A DNA stretch of 64,000 nucleotides from Chrysomallon squamiferum (Eukaryota > Animalia > Mollusca), in contig CM022666.1 in the NCBI GenBank assembly GCA_012295275.1, forward strand, positions 4,216,001 through 4,280,000. The letters are read 5' to 3'. The first letter of the stretch is position 1; each line of letters opens with the position of its first letter. A program made the translations under genes and the position numbers. The notes under the pieces were generated by a model. The model had not been told where the DNA came from, made no database searches, and saw only the letters and a program-made list of their open reading frames with translations. Of this stretch, positions 13,801-25,431 are shown one piece after another.

Positions 13801-16442
13801 ACCATACATCATTTTTTGTTTCCATTGTTCTTTAAGCCTCTGTATTGTTCTTACCTTATTACATTACTGTGTTATGTAACTGTTAAGTGTACTAACGTTT
13901 AACGTTTTGGGAATTTTTAGGGTTATACTGCGATTTCCCTGACTTCTGCATTTTTTTAAGACTGGTTCCCAAGTCTCATCAAGCTGTATTTTATTTACAG
14001 ATGATGATCATCCACAAAAGAAAAGAATTGAGCAGATGAGACATGGCATTGTTTGTCAAGACCCAGACATCCATGTAGGGTCAGTTAATACTTTTTTTTA
14101 TCATATCAGTGATCATCCAGATGATGGTGGTTAATTATACTGGTACCATGTTAATATTTTGATACGTTACTGAGAAGGTTTGATATTTTGTGTATGTAAT
14201 GTTATGCTCATGATATCCATATATTGTAAGCTGGTTTATCGTTAATGATAATTGTAATAAAAAAGTTGACTTTTTTTGTTTCCTTAGCACACAATTGATT
14301 TATGATGTAATGATGATGATGATGTCAATGTAATGATGATGATGATGTCAGTGTAATGGTGATAATGTCAGTGTAATGATGATTGTGTCAGTATAATGGT
14401 GATTATGTCAGTGTAATGATGGTGTCAGTATAATTATGATGATATCAGTGTATTGATGATGATGTCAGTGTATTGATGTTAGTGTCAGTGTAATGATGAT
14501 GATGGTGTCAATATTGATGATGGTATCAGTGTAATGATGATAGTGTCAATGTAATGATGATGGTGTCAGTGTATTGATGATGATATCAGTGTATTGATGA
14601 TGATATCAGTGTATTGATGTTAGTGTCAGTGTAATGATGATGATATAAATGTAATGATGATGATGGTGTCAATATTGATGATGGTTCAGTGTAATGATGA
14701 TAGTGTCAGTCTATTGGTATTGGTGTCAGTATAAAGATGATGATGTCAGTGTAATGAAGATGACAGTGTCAGTGGAATGATGATAGTGTCAATGTAATGA
14801 TGATAGTGCAATTGGAATGATGATGATGATATCAGGATAATAATGATGATGTCAGTGTAATGATGATGATGTCAGTATAATGCTAATGACATCAGTGTTG
14901 CTGTAGTTGTTTAATAATGTTTCTACATCACACATGTATGATTACATTTCCAGTGAGTAAGCAAAGGTAATCCTTTGTATAAGGTAATTTTATATATTAT
15001 TATAGCTTGCTAAGAAATGTGTTTTTGTCACAGATAACGTAAATTGATTTCAGAGCGTGTCCTTTGGGCAGCACTGTTCCTGTGGATGTCAATTTTCAGC
15101 TGTTGAGGCCAGGTTTATATGAGGTGAGAATTTTTAAATTTTGTTATTTTGCAAAACTTTGTTCTGTTGATTTTCAGTGAATACTGTCAGTCTTCCATTC
15201 ATTTTATCTGTTTCTGTTTCTTTCTGATAATCTCTGTCTCTGTTTCTCTTCCTATTTATCTTTCTTTGATTTTAGATCTCTTAAACATTAAAAAATAATA
15301 TAATTTTAATAATTAACCAGATATTTCAGTTTGGAGAATTTGGAAAGTTAATTAAACATTAAAAATAATATAATTTTAATAATTAACCAGATATCTCACA
15401 TTTTTTTTGTTTTTTTTTTAACTTATTCTTTTGACTCTTGAACCTTTCAGTTTGGAGAATTTTGGAAAGTTAACCTACACTGTGCATCTCTTAAACATTA
15501 AAAATAATATAATTTTAATAATTAACCAGATATCTCAGGATTTTTAAATTTTTTTACTTACTTATTCTTTCATCTCTTCAACCTTTCAGTTTGGAGAATT
15601 TATGAAAGTCAACCTACGTTATGCCCTGCCTGACTCGCAGAGCACTTTGAAGCAGGATTCAGTAGGGACTCCGGCATCAACAGAGACAGTGTCAACGCTG
15701 TCGGCAGAAGATGAGTTGGCAGCATCGGCAGAGCTGTGGCGTGACCGCAGTGGCAGCACATCGTCATTGCAAACACCACTGCTGCATTCGGTCGAGGAAA
15801 AAAGAAAATCGTTTGCCACCAAGTCTTACTCCTTCGGCGATCTTGCCCCAAATATTTCTTCGGATTCAGAGGAAACCCAGAAAATGAGGTATTTAATGTT
15901 AACTTATTGTTATTATCTGAAAGGAAAAAAGAAGAATATTAGTTTTTAGATTTTATTATGGTAGTAAAAAAAAAAATAATAATAATAAAAAAATATTTTT
16001 TTTTTTTTTTTTTAAATTCAATAAATAACAATTTAAAAAAAAAAAAAAAAAAAATAAAAATCTATTAAAAAAAAAAATTCAATATATAAATAATAGATGA
16101 ATAACTGAAGATAAATAAAAAAAAAATTAAAAAAAAAGAAAATGTTCAGGTTCCCACCTCTCTGAATAAAAAAAAAAAAAAATCATAGCATAGTGCATGC
16201 TGTGTTGACACTGAATATAATTTTTTTTTTAAATGCTTCGATGCTGTGTAATTTAATTTTAATTTTTATCTTTTTACTTATTATTTTGTAGGTTCAAGTC
16301 AATAAAACGTTCGACTGCTGTCTATCCAGCCCGACCACCACCACCACGGCCACTTCTACCATCGTCAGACAGGGATGTCACCAACCCCGCCAATTTTCTG
16401 AAGAAGCCGTGCAAGATCTACATTCCTCACAACATCCTCTGA
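7893..16442 (+). CDS. TRAPPC14: Trafficking protein particle complex subunit 14 (C7orf43/MAP11 ortholog), ~586 aa, 12 exons
   Basis: Phase-consistent GT-AG exons: 7893-8276, 8917-9133, 10144-10230, 10532-10643, 11589-11703, 12128-12195, 12538-12615, 13118-13218, 14001-14079, 15054-15123, 15590-15888, 16292-16442 (1761 nt including TGA). Motifs VYLGESVESFVVL, FVFPLRTVL..VKLIVTIW, LTVINPPLL, LPTLAVRRAPF, LTYRIANNLQDFLSMKLYW, VNFQLLRPGLYEFGEFMKVNLRY and terminal KKPCKIYI are collinear with human TRAPPC14 as recalled. Confidence 0.9.
9690..10160 (+). repeat. ~82-bp tandem repeat (about 6 units) containing the TRAPPC14 intron 2 acceptor and exon 3 start
   Basis: The core TTATTTAATTTGCAGTAACTAA recurs with its CAG-equivalent at about 9721, 9803, 9887, 9977, 10059 and 10141. 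The last copy is the functional acceptor. Confidence 0.9.
11145..11334. mobile_element. 190-bp MITE-like element with 16-bp terminal inverted repeats
   Basis: TGTCATGTTGTAATGA (11145-11160) and TCATTACAACGTGACA (11319-11334) are 15/16 inverted-complementary. They enclose unique sequence that interrupts a CA-rich tract. No clear TSD. Confidence 0.5.
11376..11560. repeat. 87-bp tandem duplication (2 copies) in TRAPPC14 intron 4
   Basis: ATGAACATACACAAACAT..AGTTCAGACACTGATAAGTATAAATGTACACAAAACTTGTGTAGACATTTGATTAAAT repeats with an 87-bp period, immediately upstream of the exon 5 acceptor. Confidence 0.9.
12920..12992 (+). mobile_element. Degenerate tRNA-derived SINE head / tRNA pseudogene fragment
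   Basis: A-box-like TTGCTCAGTTGATAGA and B-box GGTTCAAATCC (12972-12982) at tRNA-like spacing, with no convincing cloverleaf. A second B-box-like GGTTCAAATC is at 12720. Confidence 0.45.
14302..14898. repeat. Degenerate ~21-bp minisatellite (TGATGATGATGTCAGTGTAA-like) in TRAPPC14 intron 9
   Basis: Many imperfect copies of GTCAGTGTAATGATGATGAT across ~600 bp. Confidence 0.9.
15276..15620 (+). repeat. Triplicated intron 10 end / exon 11 start of TRAPPC14
   Basis: TTCAGTTTGGAGAATT occurs with its CAG at 15327, 15448 and 15587 (the true acceptor). Each copy is preceded by TTAAACATTAAAAATAATATAATTTTAATAATTAACCAGATAT. Confidence 0.9.
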
Positions 16443-17340
16443 ACAACATTCCTCACAATGTCCTCTGAATAACATTCCTTACCTTCAGTTGCTTCCAGAG
16501 CATTCCATGACCAACTGTTCTTAGAATTTTCCTCTTTTTTTTTTTTTTAAAAGTATTTTCCAGGATATTTCAAAGAAACCATTCCACGATTTTTTTGTGT
16601 TTATTTCAAAACCTTTTTAAAACCAAGATCTTACCATGAATCTTCTATAATGTGTCCAAGAACATTCCATATTCTTTTCCATCCTCTGAGTATCATTCCT
16701 TACCTTCAGTTGCTTTCAGAGCATTCCATGACCAACTGTTCTGAGAATTTTCCTTTTGTTTTTTAAAGTATTTTCCAGGATATTTCAAAGAAACCATTCC
16801 ACGATTGCTTTGTGCTTATTTCAGAATCTTTTTTCCAAGATCTTTCCATGAATATTCCGTAGTCTTACCATATTGTTCATAATCTGTCCACATTCTTCTG
16901 AAGAATATCTCAGTATCTTTCTGAGAAGATTTCTGTACTTTTTCTGAGAAATATCCAAAACATTTCCAAGTCTTTCCAAGAATGTTCTAAGTCATACCTA
17001 TAAGAATATTCCACGATTTTTCTGATAATCTTTCTAAAATCTTTCCAGACTTATTCCTAGACTATCATATTTTTCTTAGATTATTCCATAATGTTGCAAA
17101 GAATATTCCATGACCTTTTGAAGATTATACCTTGTCTTTCATAGAATATTCCATGACATTTCTACAATATATTTCTTAGAATATTCCCTTAATTATCAGA
17201 AATGTGTGTTTCAAGTTCTTTCCAAGATTATTGTCATAATTATTGATAAACAGTATTCCATAATCTTTCCAAGAATATTGTCATAATTCTAAAAAAATTG
17301 TTTGTTAATGAAAGTTATTCTATAATCTTTCCAAGAAAAT
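16421..17340 (+). repeat. Repeat-built proximal 3' UTR of TRAPPC14
   Basis: A 26-bp unit spanning the stop codon repeats at 16421, 16447 and (partially) 16473. A ~185-bp block is duplicated at offset 221 (16461 vs 16682), followed by degenerate AATATTCCATAATCTTTCCAAG-like units. Confidence 0.8.
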
Positions 17341-19349
17341 TTACACAATATGGGAAAAAGAATTGTATGGTCATTTTATAGAATATTACCACTGATGTTC
17401 TTGACTTTTTAATGAAACTTTAATGATCTCATTGAAAAAAAAAGTATACATATATATAAAAATAAAAAATATAAACCTAAAAAAAACCCCACAAAAATTA
17501 CCCCGCTTAAAAATAAACAAAAAACCCCATTCATATCCTTTTGAAAATCTTCATTTTTGTGTTGAATATATTGAAGACTTTATTAATTGTCACAATTTTT
17601 TGTTTTGGTGTTAGACAACAATGCTTTGCATTTATTAATTTCCTTGGCAATTTATTGGTTCTGGATATATTGAATGAATGAATATTTAAGACAAGCAGAT
17701 TGGCTGTTGGATGGGTTTTTTTTTAATTTTAATTTAAAATGCGAATGACTTGAACATTTTGTTACTTAATTAATTATGGCTTTGATTTTCATCAAGATTC
17801 ACACATTCAGATAACGATAATTATTTTGTGTTGTTTGTTATTTAATGTGGTTAACCTTTTTGTTGTGATTTTAATGTGTTAATAATTTTTGATTGTGATT
17901 TTAAATACTTTGTTGATCATTTTATACACTGCAATAATAAATTTACCTTTCATTTTTGTGATCATTAACTTTTTTTATGATGACACAGTGCAATAGTTTC
18001 CCTTTGTTTTATTAAAAATTTATAAAATTTATTTATTAACTGAATTTAAAGTTTGCGATTGTGTATTATTTATTAATTGTATTTAAAGTTTATTGTTCCA
18101 TTTGGAATTTATTTTTGTGACATTTGTGTACAATATATAATTATATAGCATTTGTGTACAATATATAATTGTATATGACATTGTACATACACAATGTATA
18201 ATTGTATGTGATATTTGTGTACAATATACAGTTGTGTTTGTCATTTGTATACACTTTTATGCTCACTGTTTCTTTAATCTGACTGAAGATAATCTACAAT
18301 TTAATCATTATTGACGTTTTGTGTATGTGTTGTTATGTGAACATGATGTATTTATTTTGTGATCTTAATTTTAAGTGGCAGGAATTTGGGTATCTTGTAT
18401 ACAGTTCAGTAAATTATATGTACAATGGTGGTAGTAGTAGTAATATTGATGATGATGATGATGATATTGATGATGATAAATATAATAATAATAATATTGA
18501 TGATGATAATGATGACGATAATAATACTAATCATAATAATGATGATAAAAAGAAAAATGTGCAGTTTAGTAATAATAGTAATATTTTTGATAACAACTAC
18601 TAATCAATAGTAATTTTAATAACAAAACTAATTACATCCACAAACATCTAAGAGTTTTAACTTTGTTTATTTGATAGAGTATTATCTGTGTAGGTGTAAT
18701 AATAATAATAAAAACAACAACAACAACAATAATAATAATAATAATAATAATAATTATAATAATAATAATTAATAATAATAATAAAATGAAATTTAAACAA
18801 CTTAAAAAGTTCAAGTATAATAATAAATGGTGTATATCAACAAAAGGTTTCCTTCTTATATGATACTGTGGTCAAATTTGGTAGTTTTATTTAAAATTAT
18901 GAAAATAATGTGAATGATATTTCAAATGTAGATTTCATACTAACCAGAAATGAATCTGTCTGTCTATCTGTATATATATACGTACATTTTTTGTTTTAAT
19001 CTGTAGATAAATATTTGTATTGTTTGTTGTAGTATTTATTGTATTAATGTGTGGTTTTTTTGTGTGAATTTAACATGTGATAGAGCAACATATTCTGAAA
19101 AACAGAGTGAAAAAAAATGTGTTCTTTTTTAGTTTGATAATATATTTATTTTGTATTGTGTTTTTATGAAGGTATTAATTCTGTTACTTTTTTCAAAAGT
19201 ATTAGTTTTATTTTGTATTTATTTTAAAACGTGGATTTGTTTGTTTATTTCTTTGGTTTTCTTAATTGTTTAAACTGGGTAAGCTGGGAAACTGAATATG
19301 TCCCTTTTTTCTTTTTATTTTCTTTCTTTATTTTCTTTTCTTACTAATC

Positions 19350-19389
<40 letters not shown>

Positions 19390-19406
19390 TTTGTTTGTTT
19401 GTTTGT

Positions 19407-19437
<31 letters not shown>

Positions 19438-19555
19438 TTTTTTTTTTATTTTTATTTATTTATTTTATTTATTTATTTATTTTATTATATATTATTATTG
19501 TGTGTTTATTTTTTTTTTATTATATATATATTATACATATACACATCAATATACG

Positions 19556-19586
<31 letters not shown>

Positions 19587-20391
19587 TGTATATCTGCACA
19601 AACACACACTGAAATATGTATACTTTAGATGGTAACAAATAGTTTAGTAATAAAATTATACAGTCATTGTTCCACTCCATATTGATAACAAATATGGAGA
19701 TAGAGTTTAGAATTTGTTAAACTGCATTTATTATTCTTATTTTTATTATTCTCATTATATGCTGTTCTATTTGGCTCCTGAGGCTGTTTTACCAATCACA
19801 CTTTGCTCAAGAATCTCCCTTGTCCCATTCAATCAGGTCTGTCCGTTTTACTTTATAAAATCTTAAAATTCACTCGTAAAATTACACCACGCTTTCGTCC
19901 TACTCCCAAATCAACCACTTGTATTAGGGGAATTTTATCACGGTTGTCGTTCTTTGTTTTTCATTTTGGGTTTTCTTGGTTTTGTTTTACTAATATTTTA
20001 CCTTAATTTCTTGTTTTCCTTTTTTTTTTTTCTTTTAACCAGTTTTATATATATATTTTTTTTATTTGATTCTATCGTTTTAATCCTTGTTTGAACCATA
20101 TGTTTTTATGTTTTTGTCAATAAAATTTACATTTAAAGCTTTTAGAATAGTTTGTTGTATGTATTACATCAAATTATGACGTCATTATTGATAATATTAC
20201 AGTACCAAGGACAACAGTCTCGTAAGTAGATCAGATGTAGATAATGACGTACTGAAATGTAATTAATACATTAATAAAATATTAATCAATTTAATTGGCT
20301 ATAAGCCAATATGTAAATTCAATAGGGAAGATTATTTTTATTGTCAGTACGGCTTTTTAAACATTTAGGTCATTGCTGACTGATGGAAGTT

Positions 20392-20446
<55 letters not shown>

Positions 20447-20453
20447 TAATAAA

Positions 20454-20500
<47 letters not shown>

Positions 20501-20563
20501 CGATATCAATAGTTAAAAATGAGGTTCACATTATGCTATCTTTGGAATATTAAACAACATCTG

Positions 20564-20714
20564 CAGTCTGTAGTTAAGATTGCCATCGCCCGGGGCAAAG
20601 CAAACAGTGCTCCCCTTAATCAGTGGAAATTAGCCCTTCACTAGTCCAGTAGTGAACCTAAAACCTTTGCGCCCTGGACAACCACCCTGTGGCCCCGCCC
20701 ACATTACGGCACTG
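20564..20714. mobile_element. Short GC-rich non-autonomous DNA-transposon-like remnant
   Basis: An isolated 151-bp GC-rich patch in AT-rich DNA, starting CAGT and ending TTACGGCACTG, with internal CGCCCGGGGCAA / TTGCGCCCTGG motifs typical of invertebrate hAT-like MITEs. The TIR is degenerate and there is no clean TSD. Confidence 0.3.
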
Positions 20715-22995
20715 CACAGTTGTTCAAATGCCTGTCAAAAAGTTTCGATAAGTTCAGATCACAAACATTTAAATTTTCAATACATCCAGTGCTAAAAAAA
20801 TAAAAAATAAATAAAAAAATAAAATAAAATGAAATAAATAATAAAACAGATCGTATGGTTGACATTTGTTTGTAATTAATTATATAACCGAAATCTAAGT
20901 TTATATGCATATATATATATGATTTGTAATTTTAAATAAATAAATATATATATATATAATAATAATTAATCAAAACTTTTGAAATTTCACAAACCAACAA
21001 ACAAAAAATAAACAACACATGAACGAACAAGCTTTTATTATTTATTTATTTTGACATTTGCATCTATAATTTTGTTATGCCAGAAACCACTTTATGAACG
21101 ATTTTTACCATGCCAAAATGATTTTGTAACAACACTTTTAAGAGGGCTATTTTTAGTTTGACTAATCAGAAGCATTTACACATGGTCGTAAAAACTTATA
21201 ATAAACAGAACACCAAGGCCGTAACTACATTGAGGTAAATGAGGCAAATACCTCGTAGGGAAATTGACGATGTTTTGGGGGTTTTTTTGTTTGTTTTTTT
21301 TATACAAAGATTTTAAATTCAAAAAATATAAAATATAAATCTGTATTCGGATAAGAAACGACATCCACCGAATGAATTCGTTTATGTCTACGGTTACCGT
21401 TTGAAGTGTGTCGACAATCGTTTGCGATGAAAGACGTAACTAAGTCCATTGTGTTCGTAGACCCAGCACAGTGAAACAAACACAACCCTGCAGTCCTATA
21501 TACGCCCTGTCTGTAAGCGTTAATAAGCTAACTTGTTACAGTGTTAGTATCAGAAGAAAAAATTATCAAATTTTTATTTTCCACTTCTGTCTGGCTGCGC
21601 TAGCTTTAACCTTAAAATCTTAACGTTTCACTTTTGTTTCAGTTTTTATTTTCGTCTGAGCCAGACTTAGTTACGTCAAATTAAACCATAGCTTACGAAC
21701 AGTTTCAGTTTCACAGCTTAATTTGTTAGAAATACGTATAAATTTCCGAAGAAATACGGGTCACGCGTTTTTTTATTTAATTTAGATCCATGCAGTGTTA
21801 AATCCTGACTGTTGTTCTCTTTCAAAACTACGAGTGTCAGAATGTATGTCGTGAATCTGGTAAAAATAGCTCTTTTTTTTCAAAAAAAAAAATAAAAAAA
21901 AATATCTCGCCACAGCTGCTTGGGTATCAGTTCTGAGACTACAATGAACGCTGCCTTTTGAAGTCCCGGGTACAAAGAAATCCAAGCCTTAAACTTCAAA
22001 CCGAGTGTTCTTTTCGAAGGGCGGCCAGTCTCGAATGACGCTTAATCCAAATCGGCATGCGACTAATTCGTTTAGCATTTGATAAACGCCGAGAACAAAC
22101 GAGGAGTAAGAAAGACAAACCGTATCGTTTATCACATGCCCTCATTTCTTTTCTTGTCGCTTGTGCCATGCTAACGCGCTTACATATTCCATCGGACACA
22201 TTTTGAAACCGTAAACCTGCGTTGAAAGTCCCGAGCTCGCGGGATTCTGGCCTCCTAGCAATTCACGCGGATTATCGCGGGATTTCGTATCGGGGAATGG
22301 GCGGTACCATTATGAAAGAGGTGCTGGCAGGAGGGCCACGGGTGGAAATCGTTCTTTGTCGCCGAACGTAAACTGATATTGTTCGTTGAGAGCGCTGGAA
22401 GACTCGACAAGAAAAGAACAATTTACTCTGTGGGACTGTTTGCCGCGGTAACACGAACCCATTAAAGGCATTCTAAATGGGGTGTTTCTGCTACATTACA
22501 TTTTGTGTTTGACGAATGAGACACGCGGTAAGTCCAAAGTCAGAACTAATTTGATGCCTGATACCCGATACCCCCTCTTTTTTTTTTTTTTTAATTCTTT
22601 TTTTTATAATTTTGTCTATTATAATTTTTTAATTTATTACCTGAATCGTGACGATTCGCTACTCATGTAATAAATTCAGTGCATTTTTTTTGTTTGAGTT
22701 ATTTTTAATGCGTTTTAATGACTCCGAGAAAAAAAAGAGACCCCCCCAAAAAAAACAACAACATCAACCAACAGCAACAACAACACCCTCACCAAAAAAA
22801 AAAACTCCCACAAAATCCCCATTCGGACAGAGGCAAAAAGAAACAAGAATTCAAATATTATTAACTCGTAGCTACATACATAAATACTACATTTGTTTAT
22901 TTCATAGGTAATTTTATTGATGTTATATTGTCCCTTTGATATCAAAAAAGCTGATGTCAGTAACTGTGTAATAGTTTTCTAACCAGTTTCACTAG

Positions 22996-22998
<3 letters not shown>

Positions 22999-23071
<73 letters not shown>
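22999..23071. repeat. (CT)n microsatellite
   Basis: Pure CT run. Confidence 0.95.
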
Positions 23072-23076
<5 letters not shown>

Positions 23077-24230
23077 CATACACATTTTCTATTTCAAACA
23101 AGCAGATGCACACACACTCGCAAACCCTCCACACCCTTACAACCACCAACACACACACACGCTTTGTCTCTCTTTCTAACATTCTAACACACTTACATAT
23201 TCATACACACTCTCGTGAACACACACACACAGACTTTCTCTTACATATACAATCACACATTCTATATGGTAAACGTGCAACTACGTTAACAGAAACACAT
23301 CTAAACTTTAAGTCTACTCTGTCATTACTGTTTTATTACTTCTTAACATTATAATTATTTATTTACTTTACTACTCTATCACTCTTTACCTGTAAAAAAA
23401 AAAAAAAAAAAATCAAATCAAATCAAATCAAATCAAATAAAATCAAATTTAGAAATGTAAACTACACAATGCACAGGCTTGCTTTTCTGACACTCATTGT
23501 CAAAACGTTCGTGTATCCTGTTCGACAATTACAGAAATAATCGTATAATTAATTAATTCTTTTTTCTTTTTTTCTTTTTTTTCAGAAGCTAATAGACTCC
23601 TATCTTTATTACCCGTTTCAACAATGATTCCATTTTGAGGAGATGATGCGTCTGTGAATGAAAAAAAAAAAAGAAAAAAGAAACAAAACAAAAAAAATCG
23701 GTGCTCGACAAAAAGAGAGGGATGTCACGGTTATGCTTCGGAACAAAAGTATCTCACGTCTGCGAATCGATCCGATACGTTCACGCATCATGGAGTAACT
23801 ACAGGAAACAATTTGTCGTCCTTTTAGAAAGAGGATAAAAATCTCATTAAAAAGGAATATATAAAAAAAAAAAAAAAAAAAAAATCACTTCTAAAAAAAA
23901 AAAAAAAAAAAAGCGTGTCGCGTTATTCTTCGTTTTGACTGTTCCTATCAGACATGCTTGCCTATCTGATTAACATTTTTTCATATTAACATTTCACATT
24001 AACAAAAAATATAAAAAAAAAAAAAAAAAAGAAAGAAAGAAAACGAAAAAAATGATATGCGAAAGACATAATCAGGTAAAAAGTCACTTGTCTGTGTCGC
24101 ATTACTAAAAGCTTTTTTTTTTTTTTTTTTCTTGATAGCAAAATGGAAATTTTATCCGTGAAGCAGAGGGCGTGATTATTATTCCAGCGATTGTTCACCG
24201 TTTTGTAGTGACAGAAACAAGAGAGACGCA

Positions 24231-24570
24231 TTTCGGCGCGCGAAATCGAAATAAATGCTCGCGATGTCGAATGCGCGGTCGAAGAAAAGTGAAATACTCG
24301 CGAAGATTTGTCTCAAAATAAAACCACGTGTTGGGAAATCGGCGCCCGATTCTGCGTAGTTATTTCTGGCGCGAAAAGGCGCGTGGCGACGACAGAGCAC
24401 GTGCCCGCGCGCGCGAACGAGCTGAGAATTCTGCCAGCATGACGTCTAATTTCGTAATAATTAACATGTGATTTTAACGACAATTTAACTTTGTCACATG
24501 TTATGCACTCGACACGTACGATTTTCTTCAGAAAGGAAGTCACGTGTCATTATGGCCGATGGCGCCATGG
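24231..24570. promoter_or_regulatory. CpG-dense regulatory island with E2F-like and CACGTG E-box sites
   Basis: TTTCGGCGCGCGAAA (24231-24245), TGGCGCGAAAA (24367-24377), CACGTG at 24325, 24398 and 24541, and a GGAAGTCACGTG composite. Confidence 0.5.
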
Positions 24571-25371
24571 TTTAAATGAAACCGGTTATATTTCTGCTAC
24601 AATGCGCAGCTGCATGAAGCAGACAATCAGGAATGTCACAGTGCCGTAGTGGAGGGGAAAAAAAGAAGAAAACAAAAAAGAAGGTATAAATTTGAAAAGA
24701 ACTGCATGGAGTGAACTGAAACTGAGAAAATAAAATACAAGAAATGATGATTATTAGTAGAACGAAGGTGAAAACGATATACAGTATAAGCAAAAACAGC
24801 AAGAAAGAAAATATTGTAACGGCAAAAGCGAACAACAACAGTAACAAAAAAAAGAAGAAAACAAACAGGAATAGTTATAGTAAAAAAGAAAATATTAATA
24901 ACATTAGCAATATCATCGTAAAGAGAGAGAGAGAGAGACTGCTCCTTATAAATCAATATAATTTATTTTTACGCTACAGCTATCACTTACTTGATTACTT
25001 GTTGTGACGTAATAAACATTGTCACATGACGTCTGCTTAGCAACGTAATATGTCTGTTTATTGGCAATGTTTGTAACAGATATGTTATTTTTTCTTCTAT
25101 TTTTAACGTTTATTGGATTTTGAAATTGTCTAAAAAGGTAAGCAAAACGAAATAACAAGAACAAAAAACAACAACAATAATAATAATAATAATAGTAGTA
25201 GTAACAGTGATAATAATAATGATGATGATGATAATAATGATTATAATAATAATACTGCATGGGTTCAGTGCTTAAACACCCACCCACCCACACACACACA
25301 TTCTGTCTGTTTATTTGTCTATATTCTATAGCTTTAAAAAATGTATATACTACTACTACTACTACTACTAC

Positions 25372-25431
<60 letters not shown>

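Noticed and set aside
13540-13940. Possible Helentron/DINE-like relic (CCTAACCT motifs, ACCCT/AGGGT ends)
   Set aside because: The inverted repeats are too short and degenerate to support a call without a repeat library.
23380-23415. Poly-T-CAG|GTAAAG on the minus strand resembling a recursive splice site (similar AG|GT at ~2070, ~5277, ~36288)
   Set aside because: Not inside a demonstrable long intron, and CAGGTA next to T-runs is common by chance in this composition.
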